This document shows, piece by piece, positions 38,905-52,031 of a stretch of 64,000 nt of DNA. Under the pieces are notes generated by a model, which was not told where the DNA came from, made no database searches, and saw nothing but the letters and a program-made list of their open reading frames with translations. The translations under genes and the position numbers were made by a program. The stretch comes from Octopus vulgaris (lineage: Eukaryota): the NCBI GenBank assembly GCA_951406725.2, contig OX597817.1, forward strand, positions 84,754,001 to 84,818,000, read 5' to 3'. Every line of letters begins with the position of its first letter. Within the stretch, counting starts at the first letter, position 1.

Positions 38905-39488
38905 TTTGTTCATGGTGCCTGAGAGGTCTTTTCTGAGCCTATCTAGCATGTAGCCATTAGCCCCTCTTGATACTGCCAGCACGTCGTCCCTGTAGAGGCC
39001 AAAGCTTATTGAAGGTTATTTCTTTTTTAGTATATCTAGGATGAAGAGACCGACTAGGTCACATTTGTTCACACTATCACATCACCCAATCCCACATTGA
39101 AGGAGCCCTCTGGGTCAGTGTGTTTGGTCCAAGCAAACCCCTTACTGAAGAGTAGGGTTCTTCTGGCGTGCATGATAATGCGTATGTCCTTGTTGTTGAC
39201 TTCAGTATGGGCCCTAGCGAAGTTCAGTGCTTTTAACAGGAGCTCCCTTGATATAGACGGTTAGAAGTCCATTATATCAAATTGATTAAACCTAGCTCTA
39301 CTCCTATCACTGTTGGCCGTAAACCAGGCAATGACTTCATTGGTGTTGCACCATAGAACGAGGTCAGAGGCATTTCTAATGCCATTACTGATCTTCCTGA
39401 TGAGCCATTTCCTCACCTGTCTGATCTCAGACTTTGCTGGGTTTATCAGCCTGCATTTGGGGTTAGAGGCAAAGTTAGGCTTATGATA
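38905..39488 (-). mobile_element. Penelope-like element reverse transcriptase pseudogene (possibly Naiad-type)
   Basis: Manual minus translation HKPNFASNPKCRLINPAKSEI...WCNTNEVIAWF...QFDIMDF*PSISRELLLKALNFA...IIMHARRTLLF...DLVGLFIL...GLYRDD (38983-39000); stops and a frameshift; absent from the ORF track. Confidence 0.88.
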
Positions 39489-39489
39489 C

Positions 39490-39677
39490 GAGTGAATCCT
39501 TTCCCTGACTTATGGTCTCTTAGACAACTCAGGCATATATTTATTTTTTTTTCTCTCTTTTTATGATCCCTTTTGATCGAAAACCTACCCCCTTTTTATT
39601 TTTATTCTCCCCAAAAAGAAAAGCTCTACTTTGTAATTTGTCCCCTCTGTGTTCAGTCCTGTGTGGCTAATAAAGAA

Positions 39678-39678
<1 letters not shown>
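39490..39678 (+). mobile_element. LINE 3' UTR/tail fragment
   Basis: Pyrimidine-rich tail ending gtggctAATAAAgaaa followed by a microsatellite. Confidence 0.45.
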
Positions 39679-39738
<60 letters not shown>

Positions 39739-39888
39739 TATCGTCAATGTATCACATATCGAAAGAAGAAGCACATTCTAAAGCATAGAGCAGTAATGTA
39801 TTTAACTGCATATGTAGCGGACTGGAAGTAATGTGCCATATCAATTCGATATGATGTAGCCCGCTACTAAATGTAGCGTACAGATGTA

Positions 39889-40484
39889 TGTAACACTTCA
39901 AGATTCTTTGTGTAGGAGTAACCAGTGAACATCAGAGAATCAAAACCAAGAATGAAAAAATATTATTTACATATGTTTATTCGTTTGCTCAACAGGTAGT
40001 TAAAGAGACAGTAGCAATTCTAGTGATAGAGACAACAAGGATGGCTCACTGGTCAGTAGTTGATAGTCTAGTAAAAGGTTGTCTGTCAATAGGGAGTGAA
40101 AGGGTAAGGAATGCATGGTGCTGACCAGAAAAGAAAGGATAAAGGCGGCATCGCCCTTCTTGCAGCCGAAAGGCTCTCTTCGCATGTCGAGTAAAGGGTG
40201 AAGGGAAGTGCTGCCCTTGGTAAAGGCTGACGCAAAAGCTGGTGTTGCTCCTTGGTCATAGTTTACACCTCCAAGGAAGAGATAAAAAATTCCCTGTTAT
40301 ATAGACTATGGTCAGTAATGTAGGTCAAACTTTAAACATAGGACTGACCTTTCCTTGACCAGTACATGTCCTAGGGGGTGGAGTATTTCCTCATCAATCA
40401 TCTAGTGTGGAGGATTACCCACTCGTTTTGACAAGCAAAAAGCCGGTGGATTTGGTTTCAAATCACAGGCAGGGTCAAGCTACA
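39889..40484 (-). mobile_element. Possible solo LTR
   Basis: GC-richer block of about 596 bp bounded by TGTA...TACA, minus-strand AATAAA near 39977; no TSD found. Confidence 0.3.
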
Positions 40485-40505
40485 CACACACACACGGTGT
40501 ATGTA

Positions 40506-40637
40506 CGAGGGGTGTATGAAAAGTCTTGAGCCTAAAAAAAACCCCAAAAAACAAAGCATGATACAAAAGGAAGTCTTGCCAAGACTCCTGATGAAGGTAC
40601 AAGATTCCAAGGCTCAAAACTTTTCATACACCCCTCG
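40506..40637. mobile_element. Mariner-type MITE with TA TSD
   Basis: TA|CGAGGGGTGTATGAAAAGTCTTGAGCCT ... AGGCTCAAAACTTTTCATACACCCCTCG|TA. Confidence 0.9.
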
Positions 40638-41329
40638 TATCTATGCAGACACATACACACCATGAAAAATGTCCATATGTAAGATTCTTTGATTCATTTA
40701 CATAGCTGCGCGTGCGCTTTTGTTGTTTAACGGTACCACTGTACCTGCAATGCCGAAAGGAATTATAATTGCTCGCACCACCTTACTCGCACTTATTTGA
40801 CACGGTTAAGAAAATAAATAATGAAATAAATAAACACGATCGCCTGAGAATAAAATAAATAAATAAAAGTCAGCGTATGTCTAAAAATAAAGATGATTTC
40901 ATAAGCTGCAAGTGTTTCCTTTACTCAACAGTTTCAGATTTTGCTCGGACGAGAAAATGAAGACTAAAGTCTGAGCACATTCAAAAGGCTATTGTGTTTA
41001 TACCACAGAATTGTCAACGGGAAATAAACCAAAAATTGATTACAAACGTAAACAATTAAGAACAGTTAGAAAACATCAAATATTTGAACTGGATTTTGTT
41101 TTGTTTTAGATATTAACGATATTTAAGCAGGTATTTTAGAAATGTTCTGAGCGAGAAAATAACAGCTCCTGTAACGGTTACATTAAATAAAAGGTTAGAA
41201 TAAGGCCTTCCATTTCTTTACAGTTGTTTATGATTCACACTTAGAATTTCGTGTGCGAGTAGGTCATTGCAATTAATCGCCACTTAACCGTGTTTATCTG
41301 AGTTTGACATTGGCCAACAGGAGTTGTTT

Positions 41330-41950
41330 CCCTTAGAATCGTTAGCACACCAGACAAAATGTTAGGAGGCATTTCCTTCGGGCTTCAAATGCTGTCGAGG
41401 TCGACTTTGCTTCTCATCTTTTGGGAACCGATAAAATAAGTACCAGTTGAGCACTGGGTTCAATGTAATCAACTAACCTTCCTCCCCTAAAATTTCTGGC
41501 CTTGTGTCAAAATTTGAACGCATTAAGAGCGGCGGTGACTGGCAGAATTGACTCACAAAACAATGCCTTGTGGTATTTCTTATGGTTCTTTACTTTCTGA
41601 GTTCAAATCCCGTCAAGGTCAACTTTTGTTTTTCATCTTTTCAGAGTCGATAAAATAAAGAACCAATTGAGCACTAGGATTGATGTGACTCGTTTCCTTC
41701 CCCTAAAATGGCAGGCTTTTTGCCAAAATTTGAAATCCTTCTTAAAGACAGCGCACGAGCAGAATCATTAGAACACCAGGAAAAAAAGAAAAAAAAAAGG
41801 TCGTAACATTTGTTCCAGCTCTTAATTTTCTGAGTTCAAATCCCATTGAGATGAATTTTACTTTTTATCCTTCGGGAGTCGATGAAATAAAGTACCATCC
41901 AAGAACTGGGGTCGCTATAATCAACTAATCACCACCAGCCCTCAAAACTG
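41330..41950 (+). mobile_element. Three head-to-tail Meta-domain-like SINEs
   Basis: Three successive units of about 200 bp, agaatc..ttagc..gagttcaaat..gataaaataagtacc. Confidence 0.8.
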
Positions 41951-42284
41951 TTAGCTCAAATTCAAACCTTCCATCAAAATTTCGTGTTAATTTATATTCC
42001 AAACACCACCTTAATGATGACAAAGTTATCTTAATTCTTCATTTACTTACAAAATTTATCGTAACAAATGCAGTGTAGTCAATCAGAAATATGGCAATGA
42101 AAAGGCTAACAAAGATAGGGTTTCCCCACTCAATGCAAGAAAATTTAATTTTCTTTTCAATATCTTGAAATCATACCCTCAACTCTGCTTTCTTTGTAAG
42201 CTAAGAATTACCACAAGATGACTGAAGGCAAATTTCAATTAATTAAAGATGCTTAGCAGATATCATTCAATGATGTCAGCTCAG

Positions 42285-42440
42285 AATATTTAACTAAGAA
42301 CATCTAATTTTACCTCAATTGATTGAAATATTTAACTTAGCACAACTAATTTTACATCATTTAATTAATTGGACTATTTAACTAGGTACATCTAGTTTTA
42401 CCTGGCTTAGTTAATTGGAATATTTAACTTGGTATATCTG
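42285..42440. repeat. Minisatellite, about 45-bp unit, about 3.5 copies; related units at 42845-42935
   Basis: aatatttaactaagaacatctaattttacctca repeated with variation. Confidence 0.7.
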
Positions 42441-43388
42441 ATAGTTAGCATGCAAGATTAGTGTCCTAAAAATGGAAAAAGCATATTGCGTGAAATCCCA
42501 TAATTTTATTATACTTACCGAACATGAAAACTATGCATAAAAGGTACGTTTAGTTTATTCATGGTCTCTGAATCTATTTTGCCACATATGCTCACAATAG
42601 AGCATATGTAGCAACTATCATTCTGCACTGTCATCCTCGTTTTTACCTGGGCAATTGTTTTCGAAAGTATGTACATGAATGCTCTCATCAGCTAACTTTA
42701 ATCATGGTTCACAACTTTGCAACCATATATATGCTGTCTAAACCAACATAGAAAACCTACTTGTCTACTATCGAACGCATTCCCGGCAATATACATCCAG
42801 CGCAATTTAAACTTTTTTTACGACAATAAACTGCATGTTAACCTTTTTAATTTTACCTCACCTAATCAGTTATAGTATTTGATTACGCACATCTAACTTT
42901 ACCTCATCTAATTAATTAGGCAGATCTAATTTGATCTTGACACTAATTCAGATGACGTTTTCATATTTGTTTCAAGAAAATCGTTTCCGTAACGAAGATA
43001 CAAAAGTAGGTGAGCAAATAACGGAAATAAACTCTTGTGCTAAAATTGACTTTTGTTGTCATTGTCCTTAATTACTTGGGACTGTAAACACAAATAATGG
43101 TAAATACGGTAATTCAAAATAAAATTGGCTAAAACAAGAGTGTTAATTGTTGCTCTCTACTTAATTGATATTGTCCAGAGTTCAATGCATATTATGTTTA
43201 CGTATTTTCTTTCTTGTGTGGTGGTACTTAAATTGATGCACATCATGTACCGTTGTTGTTGTATAAAAATATTTTACATGAATATATTACTGCGATGCCG
43301 ATGCCAGAAGACAAACAGCTGATATACTGTGTTCCTCCACTGAATTGCAGAACTGAAAGTGAAAGAATAATGACGTTCTTGGAGTGAC

Positions 43389-43520
43389 TGTTGATGTTTG
43401 ATTAATATGGAGTCTATATTATAGACAAACATCAGAAGATGTTGCTTGTTGATGTTTGATTAATATAGAATCTATATTAATCTATATTATAGACAAACAT
43501 CAAAAGATGTTGCTTGTTGT
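43389..43520. repeat. Local tandem duplication of about 60 bp
   Basis: tgttgatgtttgattaatat..tctatattatagacaaacatca.aagatgttgcttgtt twice. Confidence 0.8.
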
Positions 43521-44426
43521 TGTTTAGCCGAAGGTTAGCACTGAATGAGCAGGCTTATATTCAAGACAGTATGTTATACAATAGTCTTGGATATCATTTT
43601 TAAGGCCGTTGTGTATGATCTAAAGGCAATTTAACTGCTATTTTTAGCAGGCTAGGCGATCACCTTGGCTGGCAGAAACAGTAGAGTATTGGACTAAATG
43701 TCGAGCAATACTTAGTTACATTACTTTATATTCTGAGATCAATTCACCCCAGTGCTTATGTCTCTCGGTCAACAATCAATATCTTCAGACATCACGTCAC
43801 TGCAAACTGCTCTTACTTGTATATATTCTCTTTTGGTTTTTCGAATCAATTCTAACTGTAAATGTCTTTGGACAAACCTCAGAGGAACTGGCTGCTTGAC
43901 TGGTGGAACGGATATTCTGATATCTTTCCTCAATCTGAGAACTGCTCAAAGACAGATATGGGATTCTCAGTAACAGAACGTTATAAAATGATATACCAGA
44001 GTTTACGGCACGAAACAAAAAAAATTTCAAAACAAATACTGGTCACTCTGCTTTTTTTTCTTTCTGTCTTTTCTTTTTTTTTGTTTTTTGTTTTTGGTTT
44101 ATGAGCAAAGTGATTTCAATCCACTTGTAGTTCTTCAACCGTTCCTAGCATGTACTACTTAAGGAATAAATATTTTTCCAAATTAGTACCGCCAACAGCT
44201 TTCCAACTGCGACTAACCCTGACCGATAATAACATCGTGCACTTTAGCGAGTGCACAAGTACCCAAATGTATCGGACCATCAAATATTTGTCAGAAAATT
44301 TTGTTTCATATCATCATTATTAACAGGAAAATCTTTTGAACCTTTAGGGTGTTATTAACGAGACTCGTGCCTAGCTAGAAGCATTTGTAAATCTATAAAA
44401 TTGTAAGTTGTGTGCGCGTATATATA

Positions 44427-44529
<103 letters not shown>

Positions 44530-44698
44530 AAGTTAAGCAAGCAGAAACTTCGAAGTTACTGTCATCTCCTTTCTTGTTAAAGAATAATAAATGTCCTCTA
44601 CAAAAATTATTGAGTGATCCTTCAGTATAATGTAATACCGTTTTTATTATACATAGCTCGACATAAAAACAAACAATAATACACACACACATACATAC

Positions 44699-44733
<35 letters not shown>

Positions 44734-45360
44734 TGTATGTATGTATGCATCTGTAAAAATAATATGTGACAATTATTCGGTAGCCAATTGTCACATATTA
44801 TTTTTACAGATAAATTCCTCTATTTACATAATATCGGTCTCTTTCATTCTTTTGTTGTCTTGCCATTTCTATCAATATATATATATATATATATATATAG
44901 TGAGAGAGAGAGAGAGAGAAAATGTAAGTGAATCTGCACTTTCCAGCTTGTGACCTCTACATTTATGCAATATTAAACTCTTACCATAATATCCCAGCAG
45001 TAAGATCACTTCCCCCTTGCAAAACACTAATTATTTTGAAAATAACATAACGTTCAGCTATCTTCTTTGTATCAAGGCTATCGACCAAATTACCAGTTAT
45101 GAAACACATACTACTAGACTTATGATTGACAAATAAATAGAATGAAATGAAATAAAATAACAATAATGATAATAAAGGAGGAAAAGAGGTAACTCCGACA
45201 GAGGTTGGTTAGGATGTTGGCCAGGCTTTATTTTAGATTGTTCAGAAAAGCTAATAATTCGGTAACAAGATCTATCACTGACAGGTGGATTACATCAGCA
45301 GGCACACACACACACATGTATATATGTATAATATGCGTCTGTATACGCAGACACACATAC

Positions 45361-45399
<39 letters not shown>

Positions 45400-45875
45400 G
45401 AGAGAGAGAGAGAGATGGATAGATACTTGTATACACACACAAAATATATACCTACAATTAGATCATTGTCATTATATACTACTGGGTTTCGATTCTCAGT
45501 AAAAGCTTTATTACTAATGTACTTTATCATGGTTGTTCTTACTGTATCCGATATAGCGTTTTCCTAGAATTCTGGGGTGGTTCAACGTCTACTCCAAAGA
45601 AAACAGAAATATATGCCAGTATGTGCGTCAGTGTTTGGAACACTATTCCTCAAAATCCCATATCACATGAGAAAAGAAAATGATTGTTTTTTTTGCGTAT
45701 ATTTTTACTGCATTTTAACATTTTTATATACTTTTCCCGTGTTTCATAAAACGGAAATAACGATTGTGAAAAATGTTAGCCCCCTAAAATTTTAAGCATT
45801 TTCGATACATTTTTATCCTCCACTTCCGCCACCTTTTTCTTTTCCCATGAAGTGTGGGACTTCTAGATGGACATA

Positions 45876-46077
45876 TACAATAATCCCACGGGTGTTACGT
45901 TCCAAAAGCTCCCGTGATAGGTGAAAATCCGCGAAGTAGAAACAGTACTGTACTGTATATTTCTATAATTTGTGTATATTTATTTTATCATAACTGCAAA
46001 ACAACACAATAGATGAACTGACGTAAGCTTAAAGAATAAACCGCAATAGGTGAACCGCGATATGGCGAGGGATTACT
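45876..46077. mobile_element. Tigger/pogo-like MITE
   Basis: tacaataatccc...ccgcgatatggcgagggattac; internal repeats of gataggtgaa..ccgcga. Confidence 0.6.
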
Positions 46078-47196
46078 TCCGCCTATCGCGGAAGTACCAC
46101 ACACAGAAACATTTATTTAAGAAGCAATTAAAAAATTCTAGGCACTTATAGACGCGAAAGTAGTACAGAAAACTACTAAGATGCTGTGGTTTATTAATAC
46201 TTTTATATTTTACTATGTTAGGCTTATACCCCACCTATATATATATATATACATTAATAAAGAAAATAAAACATATGCATATATATAAACATATATGTAC
46301 GTACCTACCTCTACATGTACATATACACGCATATATGAGTACAGGACACCAAAAAGGACGTCGAACACAATGAGAAACGAAAACATAGACACAAACCAAA
46401 GGAACTGGACATTTATTTAAAAACAGCAAAAAAATAGAGTACAGGACAATTAACACAAAGAAAAAACCCCGTCTTCAGTCGCTAAAGGTTTCATCTACTC
46501 TACGTTACACACAAACGGACAATACATAGAAGAGTTGTTTTCAGATGTAGGCACAAGCCCAGCAATTTTACTGAGAGAGGGTTAGTCGATACCATTAAAC
46601 CCAATACTTGGCTGGTACTTAATATTATCGACCTGAAAGAATAAAAGGCAAAGTCGATCTCGGCAGTATTTGAACTCTGAATGTAAGAAACCAGAAGAAA
46701 TGCTAAGCATTTTAACCGATGCGCTAATGATTCTGTCATTTCGCAGTCCTTAGAATATATAAAAAAATAATAACAATGCTAATAATGTGTATTTGTGCGT
46801 GCATGTTTCGTCAAAGGGTAGTAAACAAACGTTACACTTGGAAAGACACTTTCATATATATATATGTATGTGTGTGTGTGTATGAAGAAAAAGTTGTGTT
46901 CATCATTCTCCCAAGCGTATTAGAGACTCCCAAAAATGGAAATCCCATCGAATTTAAAGATGACGATTCCGTAAAATTGAAGAGAATCTGTCACTGAGGA
47001 ATACGATTATACTTAGGATTTTCTCTTTCTTTCTTCGCACTTCTCCGACTTTTATATGTGTCCGGAGAGAGAATCATACATATATGATTAAATTTCTAAT
47101 AACAATGCAATGTAGTCTGAAAGCACAAGTTAAATTTTAATAATTATCCATCCAAGACAGCCACATCCACTAAATAAATCTTATAACAGCTACTGA

Positions 47197-47269
<73 letters not shown>

Positions 47270-47415
47270 TATACATACATATACATACATACATATATAC
47301 ATATATATACATACATATATATATACATACATATATATATACATACATATATATATACATATATATATATACATACATATATATATACATACATATATAT
47401 ATATATACATACAAA

Positions 47416-47483
<68 letters not shown>

Positions 47484-47704
47484 CATATATATACATATAT
47501 ATATATATACATACATATATATATATACATACATATATATATACATATATATATATACATACATATATATATATACATATATATATACATACATATATAT
47601 ATACATACATACATACATATATACATACATATATATATACATACATACATATATACATACATATATATATACATACATATATATATACATATATATATAC
47701 ATAT

Positions 47705-47741
<37 letters not shown>
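47197..47741. repeat. Long compound (TA)n/(TACA)n microsatellite
   Basis: About 545 bp; source of the spurious YI-rich ORFs. Confidence 0.95.
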
Positions 47742-47776
47742 CTGTTGTGTCTGGGGAGAGTCGTTTTCTTTTTGTG

Positions 47777-47844
<68 letters not shown>

Positions 47845-48134
47845 CTCATTGATTTACCTAGGTTATCTATCATCCATTCGTTTGCCCATCAGCAATCGTT
47901 TGCAAATTGCACCAGGCCAACCACTTATATTCATTTACGTGTCTCTTCACCTTTCATTGACACTGTGCAATCGCTATTCGGAAATGGGCGAGGGAGAAAC
48001 GTTGCTCAGTTTATTTATTTATTTCGTCAGAAAACTCGTTCTTAGCATTATAATTAGATTAGATCTCATAATAGTTGAAGATAGGGAAGTAAAAAGGTTT
48101 GAGAATACAGCAAATAATTATACAGCACAATGTG

Positions 48135-48201
<67 letters not shown>

Positions 48202-48383
48202 TGACAGGCTTCTTTCAGTTTTCGTTTACCAAATCCACTCACAAGGCCTTGGTCGGCGTGAAGGTAAAGTAGAAGACATTTGCTTAAGGTACCACGCAGT
48301 GGAACTGAACCCGGAGCCGTGTGATTGGGAAGCAAGCTCTTACCACACAGCCACTCCTGCGCCTCTCCCTCTCTGTATGTATG

Positions 48384-48416
<33 letters not shown>

Positions 48417-48476
48417 GTGTGAGTGTATATTATTTTGTAGATGTATAACTATATTCTTTATGTATATAGAAAGAAA

Positions 48477-48518
<42 letters not shown>

Positions 48519-50148
48519 ATACTACAATTGGGTGTGTGAGTGTATATATAAATACACACACATATATATAACACATGTATATATATGTATGTTTTAGACA
48601 GGCTGTTTGAATGGTTAAATTTTTTAAAGCAAAAATATTTAAGCCATTTTTTTTTGTTCGTCTTTATTATTAAGAAGTTATTGAAAAGTCAAATAGTGTT
48701 TGTCAGCTTTGGTCTAACTGACTCACACCAGTTGTTTATATTTTGACAATTCGAACAAACTGCGAGTTTATCAGCTGAGTACCCGACAAAGTTGAGTCAT
48801 TTTTTATCGTTATTAAACTTGATTAAAAGTAAATATTTTTTAAACTGAGAATTTAAAATTTAAGCTTCAAAGCCAAGCAGTGTTAACGATAAAAAAAAAC
48901 AACTTTCTATTCCATTTATGAACAAAAAAAAAATCAATAATTACAAAAAATAAATATCTTAGAACGTAATTGTGAATTTGAAATGGTTGTTGGATGGGAA
49001 AAATATTCAATAATTCAGTTATTTATATGATCCAATTTGTTGAAGTTATCTTTTGCTGTGTACCTTCCTCACAACGAAACACTTAGCAGGTAGTTGGTGT
49101 CTATCAGCTGGAGAAATCAGCTGATAGACCACCAACTAGCAACTTCAATATTAACCTCTAGAAAGGAAAAAAAGAAAAAAAAAGACGTACTGCTCTTAAA
49201 ATTGTTTTATAATAATTTAATTTTTGAATATTTTATTTTTTCTATCTCATCACACTCACCCTTCTAATTACTGAGCAATTTGAAAAATATATAGTTATAT
49301 GCTAATTAAATTGGTACCTTCCACCCGACCTCTTAATTCTGGTTGTCAAATGTATACGCTTGCGCGCGCGCGTTTGTGTGTGCGATTGTGTGTATGTGTG
49401 CGTGCGTATTTATGTGTGTGTGTACATATATACATACATATACACAAATTTCTCACCGTCTTTATATATACATGTATATACAGTTTACAAACAAAAGAAA
49501 AAGGAAGATACTTATTACTCAGCGTTTGTACTCGGAGATTCGCATTGCTTGAACAGTTAGTTATTAACGCAAAACTGATGCTAATTTTGTGTATACAAAC
49601 ATACATACATACTTACATACATATATGTGTGTGTGTATAATAGTAGTAAAATATATTAATAATGCATTTTACATAGTGTAAACGTTGTTTGGTATAGAAC
49701 TCTATACGCTGAGTAGAGTGGATAAAAATGTATTTATTTTATCGAAGTTGAGTCTTCTCTGAATTTCAAGCTGAGCTAAGGATGAAACTCAGAGTAGATT
49801 GTCAACTTTGATACAACACACACACACAGAAAGAAAAAAAAAAGGTAATTGGACGCACTTCTCTGACCTTGGGTTGTCTGAATGTAAATGAAACAAAAAT
49901 GGGAAAATTTTCCTAAGTATTTCACGTATATACAATTTATAAGAAAACCCACATAATCAGACACTAATTGGAATTACATTTATAAGGAGGCTAGCATAAA
50001 AGAAGCAGCGAGCTGGCGAACGGGCACCATTATGGAATACAAACAAAAAAAAGCATCAACAATCGACGCAGAATATATATATACATATATACGTATATAT
50101 TTTCTGGAAAAACACTGACTGGAAAGAAAATAAATTATTTTGATTTAC

Positions 50149-50400
50149 CTTAAAGAAAGTTGAGATCACAAACGAATATTTTATATAAATTAGATTTAAG
50201 AAGAGCGATCAGAGGGTTTGCGTTTGTTTTGTTTTCTGGGCAGACTGCACACAACTGGCACACAACCCAAGACGATGATGGCCACCACAACAACAACAAT
50301 AACAAACACTTATTTGTTTACCTTTACAATGGAGCCTTCTCATTGGTTAATGCTAACAACACGTCTCCTTATACGGCCGTACCTATTAATATTAAAATTA
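50149..50400 (-). promoter_or_regulatory. Candidate promoter and non-coding first exon of the DOR gene
   Basis: CpG-retaining unique sequence; minus-strand donor AAG|GTAAAT at 50149; Inr-like CCAGTT/GCAGTC near 50240-50260; forkhead site TTGTTTAC 50314-50321; CCAAT (attgg) 50342-50346; no transcript evidence. Confidence 0.3.
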
Positions 50401-50609
50401 GCTCTGCTCTATATATGGGCATTATCCTATGTGAGAAACGAAGGAAGAGGGGTGCTTCAGAAACGCAACCAAAACAAAAACAACCTCGGGTGATCGTGGC
50501 GATAATGGTGTAGTTGGGGAGGAAGAGCAGATTGATGTTATAGTGTTGAACATTGCATCATATTTATTTAAATACGGGAATACCCATTTTATACACACAC
50601 ACAACGGCC

Positions 50610-50704
<95 letters not shown>

Positions 50705-50709
50705 GTATG

Positions 50710-50740
<31 letters not shown>

Positions 50741-50788
50741 GTGATACCTAAATTTATAGTAAAACAGTTACAACTGAATGTGTGTTCA

Positions 50789-50835
<47 letters not shown>

Positions 50836-52031
50836 AATGCAAGATATTTGAATTTAAATATCACACGCACACAGACTTCTGTGTGTGCGCGCATGCAAAT
50901 AGCTGCAGCTGTTCTGTAGAATGGCAGATGCTTTGTAAAGTTTCTGTTATTGTTCTTACCAACAGACGATTCAATTATATTTTAGCGTCCTTCGTTCGCC
51001 TATGTATGAAATTAATATACATATAGTCCAAGTGTGTAATTGTGTGCGCTTGTATGCAAATTGCCCCCTTCTATGTGTAAACTGTCCCCTAAATATGCAA
51101 ATTACTCCTCCCCTATTTGTATGTTTCTTCCTGTTTTGGATTGATAAGTTCGTTGGTTGACGTTTATTGATTCTTATATTCACTGGTTGACAATATTTAT
51201 TTACGTCAGATTCTGTTTTCTTTTTTTTTCTTTTGAACGGCAGTTGATAAACTGTTGGACCGATAAAAAAAAATAATCGACAGAAAAGGGGGAAAAAAGT
51301 GAATACAATGAAATTCTTTGTTGTTCTCCCCTCCGATTTAAATCTAATTTATAAAGCAAGTTGTCAAGTTGTTGAATTAAAAAATTAAATACCCATGGAA
51401 TCTTGCAGTAATTTTTTTTATCAAATGTTTTTAATGCATATTTGAGTATATATTTCATATTTAGTGTGTGTGTTATATAATCGTTTTATTGCTTAGATAC
51501 ATTCATACATGTTTATCAGCATACACACAGATATACATGTCAATATATGTCTACGTATATGCTTGTATGTATGTCTCTAAAAGACTTATATGTGTATTTA
51601 TGCGTTAAACAAAAATGTGTATGTATAGGCACACACTCATATACATGAGTGTATGAGGTGGACGAAGAGTTATATTTCTTAAGATACAAACAATAAAAAT
51701 GTTCTAATAATTTATATTAATAGTAAAAAATTAATTACCATTTTTTAATGTACTTTTGACGATATATCTCTGGATGTATAAGTATTGAATTAATTACATA
51801 AATACACCACAGTGAAATTAGGACACATAGTATTGGCTGCTTTATCAATATTGGGCTTGTGCTAATGTTAAGACTCGTTATTATCGACTTTACAGTTCAT
51901 ACTACTGTGGTCGATAAAATACAAGTACCAGTGAAATACTAGGATCGATAAAGTCATCTCTAGTCCACCTCCACCTCCACCCCCAATAAAACATGAGGCC
52001 TTGTGTCAAAGTGGAAAAAAAGTAGATAAAT

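Noticed and set aside
42285-42440. CRISPR-like array
   Set aside because: Eukaryotic context with degenerate tandem units and no unique spacers or cas genes.
44981-45163. Minus ORF ending at a donor-like site as an extra coding exon
   Set aside because: No recognisable homology; the DOR N-terminus is already complete at 25013.
46235-46510. Repeat (also 11540-11730) with minus-strand CUGAAGA
   Set aside because: No GAAA in a compatible position; hammerhead topology cannot be built from this copy.
47144-48448. Long ORFs of 160-405 aa rich in Y/I/H/T
   Set aside because: Translation of TA/TACA microsatellite; the same applies to most short ORFs in the track.
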